Shown piece by piece: positions 11,556 to 24,487 of a stretch of 64,000 nucleotides of DNA (position 1 is its first letter; each line of letters opens with the position of its first letter). The notes under the pieces are model-generated. The model had not been told where the DNA came from. It did no database searches and saw nothing but the letters and a program-made list of their open reading frames with translations. The DNA is taken from assembly GCF_009834535.1 (NCBI RefSeq), contig NC_045708.1, positions 61,070,001 through 61,134,000 on the forward strand, written 5' to 3'. Origin of the DNA: Camelus ferus. Lineage: Eukaryota. A program made the translations under genes and the position numbers.

Positions 11556-13894
11556 AAGTTATGTTGCTTTTCTGAATTTTTTAAAAGAGCATCTTAAAAT
11601 TAGCATTAACCAAAGTTAAGTGAATTTACAGTTTATAAGACCCTTTTCAGATCTTTTTCTACTGATCTTTTTCAAGGTAAGGGATAATAAAAATGTTTAA
11701 TTTTGAATATAGTTTTATTCTTAAAAAATAATGCCTGTGGCTTTTTTGATATCAAGCACTTCAGTGGTGATGTTTCAAAAACTTATGCAGAGCAAAGTGG
11801 TTTAAAATGCTATTTACCAAATTCTTGACTGTACCAAATTGCAGTATTTTAAATAAGAAGTGAATATAAATGATTTCACCTAGGTATAGCTTCATGGGAT
11901 TCTTATTAAGCATCAAGAAAAGAAACTCCACTTCTCAACGTATGTGCTGTGTTAAGTCAAAAATAGTAGTAAGAATGTTTCATACTTTTTAGCATGGATA
12001 TAGAGTAATTGGCCAAATTAATTTACCCAATTTTATGAACAGAATATTCCTTTTCTCTTACAATTTTGAAGGAAAAGGGGAAAAAGACAAAACTTTTGAA
12101 AAATAAATATTATAATTATTAGAAGCCCAATTTTGTTCTTGTCATTTGGAATGACAGAAAACTTCTAATATGAAGGAGATTCAATCACATATGCCAACAT
12201 CTGTTTCTAGGCTGCATGGGAAATGATTTTTGATGATTTTTTAAAAATGGTATCTATCCCAACAACTGACAAATATGATTGTTCTAAGTTTTAATGGTAA
12301 AGCTGTTTAGATAATTCTTTAATGATAACAAAATTGTAGGCAGGTGTTTGTGTGTTCTGAAACAAAATTAAGAAAAACCAGTTAATTGAAAATTTTGTAA
12401 AACTGTTAAATAGAGGAGAGCAGTATTTCAATATTACAATGAGCACAAAGGATCTTTTCAGAAGGTTTATATTACTCAAGATTTTTAACTGATACAAAAA
12501 TATTATGCAAACATATAGTTTTTAGGAATTTTTCAAAACTAGCATGTTTAATAGGAGTCATTCTCTCTTTGTAAAGTAATTCATTATAGTCATATTTTCT
12601 AGTTGGCATAATATAGAGTTATATTCCATAGGAAAATGTTTTGACCTATAATAATAAAAATTTGTATACAAAAATACAAAATAAAAATAGGAATAATTGT
12701 AATACTTATCAATAAGAAACATAACATAAATTTGCAATAGTAAAAAAAGTGTTCTTAACTCAGGTTCAGTAGATAATCTCAATTCTAACTAGATAATCTG
12801 CTTTGAAAAGTATAATTTTAAGAACTTTTTAAAACATATCTGAGAGCATCAATTACTTCTAGTAATTTTTAGTAAAGGCTTAGCTTGTTCTCCTTAAACC
12901 ATTTTGTACTTAACCATTTCTGCTAAATGAGCATGTCTTAATTATTTAACCAATAAGTCTTTTAATCTGTATCTATTAACTCTTAAAATGGTGATTATAT
13001 CCATTTGTTTGGTTGAAAAGACTGTTCCTTTTATCTGTCCTGCCTCGGTGAACCATACCTCTGGGGTGTTAGGTAATACAGAAGAATCAAAATCATCACT
13101 GATTACTGCCCAAGTACCCTTCCATGTAGGGAAACTGAACAGGTTTCAGAAAAAAAGAAAGTGCAGGAGTAAACATGAGTGGAAGAGTAGTGGAAGGTGG
13201 TTTCAAGTGGCAAGAAAAAGAGAAAACTGTTAAATGTGGATATAAGTAGAGAGGATTAAGCCAATCCGTAAGAATAAAGGGGCACTATACCTTTATTACT
13301 GGGCCATGCAGTAAGTGCATAAATGAGTCAGTATATATGTAAGTCCTCTGAACACAGTAAAGCACTATTACTACTATTTAATACATTTCTTCCTATCATA
13401 ATGTATATTAACAGTATTATTTACTCAATTGTTCAAATACAAATTATTGGCCACTGGAGCTCAAAAATTAAAATGTTTACAGGAGACAGGAAGAAAAAGT
13501 GAGTGAAGGGCAGTTGGGTGAACTATATAGTCCTCTTGATCTATCTTTCCACTTCCCACTTTACAGAAATATAGGTGAAGCTACGTTTCACCTTCTTTTA
13601 ATGCCTCTTTTAAAATAGAACACAAAACACTATCACAAATTGGGTGACTCGTGGCACAAGATGCTGCCTTGGTTTTGAGGAGGTAATAAGGGGGATGGTG
13701 GAGGACGCGGCGAGTCCAAGAGCGCATGTTTTGCTTAAAAGAGAAAGCCTTTCCTGCCCAGTGTTGTTATGAGATAATGCATGACGAAGGTTGCTGGATC
13801 TTTCCTTTTTTTTTTTTTTTTTTCAAAAGCTGGAAATCCATATTTAATTGAAGCCTCTTAATTTTTAAAAATTGGCCAAAAGTAGATTAAAAAC

Positions 13895-13985
13895 AAAACA
13901 AAATACTGTGTGGCCCAACATCTGTGGGGCTAATAAATAACCTTTGTTGGCTAGATTTTACGCAGGCTGGCAGTTGGTGACCTCT
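13895..13985. mobile_element. hAT-Charlie MITE terminal remnant
   Basis: aaaatactgtgtggcccaaca...gcaggctggcagttggtgacctctg resembles Charlie-type terminal repeats. Confidence 0.45.
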
Positions 13986-14742
13986 GTTATATGCTGTGTT
14001 AAGAGCTGGGCATATACATTTTCGTGGGATTGTAAGGAGCTTGCTCTTTCGTGGGGGGAGGAGTAAATCAATGAGTACAGTGATGTGTAATAAATGCTAT
14101 GATAATCAATGTTCATTTTGATGGTCCTTCTATACTGAAAAATTCCATGTCATCAAATAAAGGTAAAATAATACTCAGTATGATTTTCTTAGATAGCAAA
14201 ATACTATACTAATATGTTTTGGAAAGATTTTTTAAAAAAGCAGGAATGTGAACAAAAAGAAACAACATTTAAAGTGTCAGCAAAAAATCAGAATACTTTC
14301 TTTGGGAATTTTGATTAATTTACTCTTTAAGATAATACTAATAAAATTTGCTGTTGATTCAGCAGGAAAAAACTGGTTAAAATGGTTTTTGGCTCTTGAA
14401 TGTAGGGTTCTGGTCTTTCCTTTGTGAATCATAAATGAGCTAAAATGGAAGTATGATGCTTTTTACCATAATATATAAAATGTCAGATGTTTTGCCTTTA
14501 AATAAGACCAGAGTGCCAGGATGCAAAATATAACCCTTGAAAATCTTCATGTCAGCCTGCTGGTTCTAATTTCTGAGGTTCCTAGACATGTTTTTATGTA
14601 AGTCATTGGGATAGAAAAGTCAAAGGGAGAAGTGTCTTAGGTAAAATGGAATGGACAACCAACTTTTCAGCTTCTCTAAATTCAAAAACTCAAATGCACC
14701 ATGTAGTTTCCTGCCTTCTTTGATCTATTTCCTACCTCCTAA

Positions 14743-14758
14743 ACACACACACACACAC
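14743..14758. repeat. (AC)8 microsatellite
   Basis: Read directly. Confidence 0.85.
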
Positions 14759-15399
14759 ATAGATAATTGTGCTAGAAACTCCTTCAGTGATGTGTCTACA
14801 TTTGTGTTTCTCTTTACTTAAATGCACACATACACACAAGCATTGTTATTGAATTAATTTTTGGAAAACACTCTAATTTTTGTTGTAATCACAAATTTGT
14901 GTCAATATTAAAATATTTACATATGGCCTATAAACGTATTTCAGTAAGTTGACTAAACAAATTTGTTAAGAAATAAATTTGTGTTGTGTTTATATGCACA
15001 CTTGTGATAAGTACATTTGTACAAGATTTCTAGGATGTTTGACTTATAATATCTCTATCAGCAAGTGGTGCTGTAATATTTGGATAGCAAGCAGCTGCCT
15101 TATTGAATTAAAATTATAGTAGTATTTATGATTATAGGACTCTAATTCATTTATTCCATAAATGCTTTCCAACAACCAATTACAGCTCAGGCCCTTTGCT
15201 AGACAATAAAAAAGCCACTGTTCTTCAAAAATCTGAGAGCAGGTAAAGTAATTACTTCATGTGATTGATGCACACCATTCTACGCATCATAATATTACTT
15301 CCTGCATCATACAACTTGGAGTTGTTTAGGGGGCTATTTACATTTCCAGATACAAGAAAATGGGTAGGGAGCATGGTGCTTCTAGAGCGGAAGTTCCAG

Positions 15400-15840
15400 A
15401 AAGGAGTTTTAGTCTAATGAACCTTCAAAAGACTACTACTATCTCCCTATGGGTTCATGATGCTACTTTGGTCTATTAGGGACTTTGCTAAGGTTTGAGG
15501 ATCGTGGATAATGGGTATAAAATGGGATGATGTTATAGCTGGGTGTATGGCTGGTTGGACAAGTAGGAGAAAAACTGGAGAAGACAGAGGCTTCGAACGT
15601 TACTACATGTCACAAACATAGATTGAGACTTTCACATGAGTAAAGCTAATAACCTCCCTGGTAAAGTTAAAGGAAATTTGTTGAAAGGATAGGTCACAAA
15701 ATTAAAATAAATCCCGAATGAACCCACCAAAACCTTATATGATAGAAAAGGGAACAGTACCACAAAGGAGAAACTGGACGGGTTTCCAAAAGTATGGTGA
15801 CTTAGAAGGAAATGGTAAAAACAGCATATAAATGATATAA
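15400..15840 (+). mobile_element. Decayed hAT transposase coding remnant
   Basis: One frame gives ...VGEKLEKTEASNVTTCHKHRLRLS (HRL at 15617) and GETGRVS (15767-15787; two substitutions from ETRWVS). These match the hAT CxxH/HRLxL and TRW motifs in order and spacing. Many stops. Confidence 0.5.
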
Positions 15841-16587
15841 AACTTGTTTTGTTGTATGTAGGAGATATTTAAGCAAAAGCTTATTTTCCTGCATGTTTAA
15901 AAATCAAATTGAGAACTTGTAAATTTATTCCTTAACCTCACTAAAGTTAGGGAAAATTTCAACAGTTTCATTATTTTTATAAGTACAAATGCATCTTCAG
16001 GGAAAAAAAGGGCAATAAGATCTATTTGAGAGAAAATTTTGTGCATAGTCTGTGAGGAAATAGTATAGAGTTAAAATTCCTGAATGCCATGCATATTAAA
16101 CATATTATATAAATCTTTATGTCCTAATTAGTTTTGTGTATTTGCTTATAAACTTCTGTGTATATTCTTAATTGTTTTCTGTGCGTATTTGCCCTTTGTT
16201 TCCACAGATGACTTATTTCTCTGGGGAGAGAGTATGTTTACCACTTTCCAGTAGCACCTAGAGCACTGAACTGAGGAAAGCAGGTTTTCTTAGTGTTGAG
16301 TAATTGCCTTTATTAGCCTTACATTTTGAAAAATACGTCAACCTACAATCTCAGTAAAAATGCAAAATTAAAAGTGAATATAGAAAATATCATACGTTTT
16401 CCTCTGACATTAAATCAGCCGTTGTGCCAAATGTAGCACAAATGGCCCTTTAACGGGGGTCCTGTACAAACAGTGGGTGATCAAAGAACACATCGGCAGC
16501 AACACCAAGGCACACTGGTGTCAAGGACAATGTATTCTGAATTCTATTTTGTATCTCTTCAGTGATATGGTGCCAGAACACAAATAT

Positions 16588-16809
16588 NNNNNNNNNNNNN
16601 NNNNNNNNNNNNNNNNNNNNNNNNNNNNNNNNNNNNNNNNNNNNNNNNNNNNNNNNNNNNNNNNNNNNNNNNNNNNNNNNNNNNNNNNNNNNNNNNNNNN
16701 NNNNNNNNNNNNNNNNNNNNNNNNNNNNNNNNNNNNNNNNNNNNNNNNNNNNNNNNNNNNNNNNNNNNNNNNNNNNNNNNNNNNNNNNNNNNNNNNNNNN
16801 NNNNNNNNN
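16588..16809. other. Assembly gap (222 N)
   Basis: Run of N. Confidence 0.99.
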
Positions 16810-19800
16810 TTGCATGTACTTACTTCTATAAACATAAGTACACACACAAATGTTTACAATGGTATTTTTATCAACATTTCTGACTGATTTTTTTAAGGAA
16901 ACAGTATTCACAGTGTTTCAAATAAAATATTTTTATAGATCTGATTTTTAGGAGCTGATAGATTATAATTCACCAAGCAAAGTAGAAGGTTTAGATAATA
17001 GTGCTCTTAATGTTATTATCTGTGTAACGAGACAAACATTTTTCTGTTTGTAATTTATATGAATCCAGTAATCATTAGTTTTGAACAATTTTATACATGC
17101 CATTTTCTCGGGCTTGAAATGTATTTAGCACTCAAGTCTTTTTGCTGTGGAGGTCTTAATCAGAAAGAGATTTTGCTCTAGAAAATTATGGCGAACTAGT
17201 ATTTGTATAACAAGACCTTAAGACCCTGGGAAAAAATTTAAGGATTTCTATGAAGCTCAGCACACATTCCTCAGCTAAATTTTGGCATCGTTTCAATTTG
17301 AGACTCCAGTGAAATTCAATTGGTTTATTTTATAATTAAAAACAAGGAAATCATAGTAACAAAAATATATAATGTATAGCACTCGTGTTTATAATAGAAA
17401 CATCCATAAAGAAAGAAACATGTTCTAACTCTTCTCATTACTCCAAAGGGAATTGCATCTTTAATCACACATAGCACAACTGCTTTCTACTTTTGCTTAA
17501 AGTGTTTCAATACTTACAAAAACCAGATCAGGTTATTGTAAATCTAGAGCAAATTAGAATCACTGGCCTCTGCTCAGCAATATGTAAGGGTTCTATGTAA
17601 ATCATAAATTTAATGGCATAGTAAGACACACATCTGTTTCAGCTTTGTAGAAGTTAATAATCTAACTACAGAGTATTTAAACACTTCTTTCATTAACTGG
17701 AAAATTGAGACAAAGATAGACTTCCCTCAATGATAAGGTGTAATCTTTTACCTCCAAATTTTGATAAGCTATAATTTACCTAAGTAGTTAGTTTTCTAAA
17801 GATTCCATTTAGTATCTATTTTTCACATTACATGATTTCTTCTTGTATAGAAATAATCAATATAAACAAACAGGCCAGCATTATCACCTTCAGTTTACAC
17901 CTGAATATTTTTTATTTACATATATATCATATTTAAAGTCATTTTGCAATAGGCCACTGGAGAGAAAGTAAAATATTGAATAATTATATGAAATGTCAAA
18001 ATTCATTTAAAAAATATTTTTCAGATTCCTTATTTGATTACCCATAAGCTTATTTTTAAATGATAAATGATAGTCTTCTGGGGATTCATATTATTTTAAA
18101 ATAGTTTACATTCTTGAATTTTTCCAACATTTACATTTTATAGCTAGCATTCTTTTCTGATTTTATCTCAGCAAACTGTAAATATTTTTCATGTTATTTC
18201 CATAACCTCTTTCCTTGAAACATGCCACTTTACATATCACAGTAAGAATATATTATAATGAATTATTGTGTTTCAATTATCATTAGATAATAAACAGGAA
18301 ATTAGTTTTTCTTGCAGTGTATTCTACATTGTCTGAACAATGAAATATATGTAGTTTGAATTTGGGTCATTAAATTCAGGTAGTAAGGACATAGTACTAA
18401 TTAAATTGGTGTCATAAATTACATTCCCATAATGAAGAGAAACACTCTTTTAATGCACTAATAATCTTCTTTAGTTATATTGTAGATATGTGATTTTGGT
18501 AACCAGGGCAGTGGATAAGAGTGTGGATGGCTCAGTGCAACACATCTCCATCACTGAATCAAAACCATTCAAAGAATATATTATCCAGGTGATCGTTTGG
18601 CAACTTCTTTTTAATGCAGAATAGCTGGAGAGATGATTTATATGTTTTTATTGTTTAACCTCAACCAAAATTTTGTCATTGAATAACGCTCACCTAAATC
18701 TTATCATTACCAAATCATTTCAGTACTCCTTTGAGATATAAATGATATTTTAATATGATTCTAAATTTGGATGCTAATTGTAAAAAAACCGATTCTTTTC
18801 TAATACACTTTTACTTATCACAAAATCATATGCCTATTACATCATTGTTTGGTCTAGGACCTAAGTGATTGATTTCATAGTGACTTTAAGAATGCATTGT
18901 AAAGAGTTGCAATAAGTTGAGAACTTAATTATAAAGATTTAAATTATTCTTGAAAATAGAGATGGCAACATTCTATTATCTTATCAAGAAAACTATGATG
19001 AGAATAGGTTTAGAAGAAAAATCTTTGCAAATTGTTGTTCTAGTTTCCACACGCTCAGATTTATTTTTTATTAAAATATATACAACAAATAAAAACCTCT
19101 TTAAAATAAAAAAGATAAGTGGAGTTAAAAAATAACCATCATAGTAATTAGAGAAAAAATAATGAATGAAGTTTGTAACAGCTAATATGTATGATCAGAA
19201 GGATCAAAAAGACAAGGTCAAACATCTCATGTTACACAATTTTAGATTATGAAATATTTTCAAAACTGAAACAAAACAAGTTTGTCTTTAAAAAATACTA
19301 AAATCATATATATTATAATTACTGTTTTATGCTATATCATTAGGATAACTTCAGTGTACTCTAATATGAAATCTTATGTGTCAAGTAACTGTATCTTTGA
19401 CTCACTTTCTAAAATGCAAAGAGGGTATTTGTGAGTTTATTTTCTGACTCTTAAAAGCCTTTTGCAAGTTTTGCCATACTACAGTGAACTATGACATGAA
19501 TAATCAAAGTCATGTTCTCAGAGGCACTAAAAATTCAATTTAGACTTCTGTGAAATTGCTATTTGGTTATCTTGGAGGGTTCAGATTCAAGAGAAGTGGA
19601 GTTGCCTTTACTATTAACCACTGCCTTGCTTTTGTTCTCACCCAAGCCGCGCATGTTGCTTTACCAAGAACTGCCCATTTAAACGTTTTATATTTAAAAC
19701 AAAGAGTTGTAATTTTAGGTTACTCTTAGTTTAACTCGAACAATTTTTTTTAAATGTAAAGGAATTTCACCTGTATTATCGAGAGAGGTTTTCATATATT

Positions 19801-21214
19801 AAAAAGGGACGAGGAGGCCCATTTTAAACTACATACTTTAATAGGAAAATATTTGGTTATAAGTACTTATGGTAAAAAAATTATTATCAGAAGTCATAGA
19901 CAATTTTGTATAAAATGAGTGTTGTTATAGTTACACTTTCTGGTTTGACAAAAACACTGATAGAAGATGTATAAGACACGATTATAGAAAATCTTCAAGG
20001 TGCAGAGATTACCAACCGCTATGGGAACAATCTATGGGAAAGAAAGACTACCTCTGAGTTGTGTCAGACTCAATGGGCAATGATTATGAAGGATATCTTT
20101 TTAAACTTGCTTACTGTTGAGCATCATAATGGTGTAAAAATAGTATCATCCTTTATACACAGTTATACGTAGATAAACTCTGCACAGAAAGTCATGCTAC
20201 CAGTTGTTTCAGTGGATTTTTAAAGAAGTATTAATTACAAAATGCCAGGTATTTAATAATATATATGATTATAGACTTCTAGATAATATCATTAAGCCCA
20301 CTATACCATAATCATACCTATAATATAGTTAAAACTGTCATCACTTTTGGAGACTGCATCTCTACCTTTCAGATAGGGTTTGGCTTTCTTAGACCAAGAT
20401 TTCCTCAGCCTGGAGAGAACCGGGCAATAGTTAAAAACTTACTAGCTTTGCCAAATGCTTTCATATGTTTCTGCTCTCACGGAAAATGAGTTTTGATTTC
20501 TTTTCAGCCTACACGCATGGCAAAGCGAAAATGAAAAACAAAGCTAGGAACGTTCAACCAGTTCTGGTTGTTTGGTATTTGCATACTGCTTTGATCTGCT
20601 CTAGAGCTTTAAAATATTTATTTTCTAGAGTAGGGAAAACTAGTTTCAGCACTAAGCGTCATTGAACAGTAACGATGAAGAAAAGGGAACACACAGTTTA
20701 GGATGAACTCCAGCTATTTTATTTCTATTTCTGTATTAGAAACCAGACCAGTTACACATTTTTTTTATTTGTTTATTTTAGAACTCTCACAGAGCTCTCA
20801 TCACAGGCAAAAATAATAAATACAATTTACCCCCAGCGTGTAGATTGAACTTCACACAATTTTTGGCCTTCTGTCAAGACCTGGATCTCCTCCCTGCCCC
20901 ACCCAGGCCCACCCCTATGCAGCCCCTTTTAGAACTGGCTTATCTATATCCAAGTTTGCCAGAGTAGGGCACTGAAGAAGTTACTCACTGTGATCTGTTG
21001 GCTTATACTAATCACAATATTTTGCAACCATGCCCATTTTCATCCTTCTTCAGATTTTTTAAATTGGTACCAATTCTTTTGTTATTCATAATTGTATTTT
21101 GACAGTAACCTCATCACTTTCAACAAAGATGCCTAGATGGTAAATAGCTTTAAAATTAGCATAATTTCTGTATGAGAAATATGTGAACCCATTGAATAAA
21201 ATAATCTTTAGTTT

Positions 21215-21437
21215 NNNNNNNNNNNNNNNNNNNNNNNNNNNNNNNNNNNNNNNNNNNNNNNNNNNNNNNNNNNNNNNNNNNNNNNNNNNNNNNNNNNNNN
21301 NNNNNNNNNNNNNNNNNNNNNNNNNNNNNNNNNNNNNNNNNNNNNNNNNNNNNNNNNNNNNNNNNNNNNNNNNNNNNNNNNNNNNNNNNNNNNNNNNNNN
21401 NNNNNNNNNNNNNNNNNNNNNNNNNNNNNNNNNNNNN
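21215..21437. other. Assembly gap (223 N)
   Basis: Run of N. Confidence 0.99.
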
Positions 21438-24329
21438 ATTAGCAAGTATTATGAATAAGTCAATGATTTTGCCATTACTTAAATAATAGTACAGATTGAG
21501 CAGTTACATTGATTGGATTGTAGGGAACGCATAATAGACTATAACTCCCCTTGGCTTGCTAACATCTGCAGACATTATTAAGCTTCTCATTTCGTTTTTT
21601 TCTACCATAACACCTGTATTGTTATAAATTATGTTTTGAATTGTCATGAAGTGTCAGGCAAATTATGTTTTCTGGATGTGTGTGTGTGTCATTTAAATGT
21701 TCCGTTGTAATGGCAGGTTTGTGGCTAACAACTTAATCTTGAATGTATCAGTGAAGTTAAGTGCTCTGTTCCAATCCTGTGTGGATACAAATAAGGTTGT
21801 ATTACTCTGTGTAAAATGCAAGGAATAAATTAAAAATTCTTTAATATTTAAAACATTATCCTAGAGAAGGAATACATCTAGATGTAATTTTAAAAACAGC
21901 AAGCTTATTATATTCTTAGGGAAAAAACTGTTGAACCCTTTGAACTCTATAAAACACACATCCTATTGAATTAAAATTAAAAACTTGTTTGAGGCATTTT
22001 CCACTCCCTATAGTTTTAACCCACTTCCGACAACTTCCCCCTCCCAGGCATTCTCCTTTTTTTGTAGTCTCTTTAGGAACATAGTGGAGAGTGACTCACT
22101 TATGTCCCGAGCATTAAAGAATGTTAAACCTAAGAAGTGTAGACAGTGGTTCTTCCTGAGGTTCTTTCTGAAAGAGTTAAATAAATAAGTAAATGAGCCA
22201 ACATATGGGCAGCTTAATTCAGGCAAATTTTTCTATTGATTACTTACTAAGCTTACTAAATAAAAAAACTTCAGCCCAAGTTTTGCCTCCCCAAAGAAAA
22301 CAGGATTAGTCTAATCTATGCACTCATTGGGGCTTCTTGTGAATCTTGCTCAGATGAATGAAAAACCTTCAAATGTGAACAAAAGAAAGGGCTAAAATTT
22401 TTTGGTAAATGCAAGTTATTATTGGTTTGACACATTTTGGTTTACGATCTTGAATAAAATAATTTCCTTTGGAATAAAGTTCCAGAGGAGACTATAATAT
22501 AAATGACCTCTAAGGTATGGGAATTCTATAATTCTGCCTTCTTCTCAATGTGTTTAAAGTAGCCTGATTTAATTTTTCTAGGTAGATCTGTTGTATGTAT
22601 AAATTTTGACAGATGTAAAAATGGAATAAGGTTTCACACCAGCTCTGCATAAGTGTGTTTTTTTCAGACTACTTGATATCTTGCATTGATAACATTTGAG
22701 TTATGTTATCTAAGAAATTTCAAATGGAAGTGTTTATGTAGTTTAAAGCACCAGTGCTCTAAATGGCTCCTCTTATCTTTTGGATTGGTGAGAATATTAA
22801 AACACCAATACAGTATGTAGAAAAAATTTTTGATCATCAAGGATTCTTGTTTTAATCTGAGAATTATAATGAATCAAACAAAGAGCATGTTTACTATCTG
22901 TACATATGTACTTTTAACATCATTTTTTGCAAATTGAGAACAAACTTGACCAATAGCTGGATTTAGTTTAGTACTACAAATATCTGGCTTTGTGACAAAA
23001 TACAGGTATTTAGAGTCTTCATGTCTTTTGAACAGTCTGCTGTTGACATTTTAATAACACTGTTGTTTGAAATGATTTCTGAAGTATGATGACTGCAGCA
23101 TACCCACAGCAACAAAAAGTACATATTGTTTCTGAAAGCAGAGAAGCTCAAGTTTCATCCTATTTTCTAGAGGTTTTAAATCTTGGAGGATCAGTTTTTC
23201 TTGAAAACCAATGCAAACATGCTTCTTTAATTGATGTCTGCATTCATTAGTATAAACAGTGATTTAGAAATACATCTGAAAACGTAGTCACTTTCAGCTC
23301 AGAAATTTTGTAATTATAAAAAAATTACGGTTTGATTTTATTCGTATGCAAAGGACACTTAACTGGCTTTTAAACATTTTTCTAGCATGATTTGCTCCGT
23401 CCTGGTCTGCTCTCTTCAGTTTGGGTCCATCGCTGGCGCTGCCAGGCTGTTTGCTGACACTACCAACAGAGAGGTGCAAGGAAGTGTGGTCAGAGGACAA
23501 GAGCAAAAGCAGTTTCAATGTGAGGAAATGAGGGAAACAGACCTAACAGCACGATGAATGCACTTGCGAGTAAAAAGCCTTGTAGTCTCCTTTCCTTCCT
23601 TTGCTTATCCTGGTGGGTTTAATCAAAAACAAACAAAACGCTCTTGTGAAATACAGTCAATAAAGTCAAAGTTTGGCTAGCTCTCTGTAACTACAAAGAA
23701 AAAGTCATCGCAATTTTAAAAAATGTAAGTTTCATTAGCGAGCCCGCCGGAAATCTCAGGTATCAAAGACGCATTAACCCTGGAGCGTCCCCCGCGCGCC
23801 GCAGCCGGACGGAGGCAGCCGAGGCGAACAGACGTTCTTTCTCCTCGGAGCAGTCACACAAAAGGAGGGCCGCGGAAACTAAAACTTTCGGGGCCTCCGG
23901 CTCGCTGCGCTAAGAAAAGAGAAAACCTGGAGACGGGGTGGGTAAAAGACGCATCCTGGGCGCCTCTCCGAAGTGCAGGAGAGAAGAGAGCTCCCGGGCC
24001 TGGAGGGAAAAAGGGAGGGGGCCCCGAGCCGCCGGCCAGCCCCCTGCGCCCGCCTCCGAGGCCCGAGCCCCGCGCTCCCCCGGGCTCTCGCAAATACCCT
24101 TCACCCCGTTCCAGAAATAAAATAAATATTTTCAAAGTGCGTGTGTGTGGACAGGATGGAGAGCGCGCGCCAGCGGAGCGCGCAGAGGACCGAGCGCGCA
24201 GTGAGTGGAGTTTGGGGAGGTGGGGGTCGGGAAGGAATGGGTGTATTGGCGCGGGGGGCTGGATGCGGAGCCCCGGGACCGAGAGGGGGGGCGCGCCGAG
24301 CAGGAGGGAGGGGAGGGGCGCTAGCCACC

Positions 24330-24487
24330 GCAGGCCTCCTCCGGGGCGCGTTCCGCGGCCGTGCGCGCGCGTCCCTCGCCGCCGCCGCCCGGACAGCCCT
24401 GCGGCCGCCCCGCCGGCGGAGCCGGGGCTGGCCTGTCCTCGGGCGGCTGCTGGGTCACCGCCACCGCCACCCGAACGGCTCGAACCC
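24330..24487 (+). other. ADGRL2: Candidate alternative upstream non-coding first exon (5' boundary unknown)
   Basis: Donor CCC|GTAAGT at 24488 with a perfect intronic +1..+6 and a weak exonic side, in GC-rich sequence. Confidence 0.45.

Noticed and set aside
15370-15840. Processed pseudogene (segment starts near an ETS-like CGGAAGT)
   Set aside because: No poly(A), TSD or recognisable cellular protein; hAT transposase motifs explain it better.
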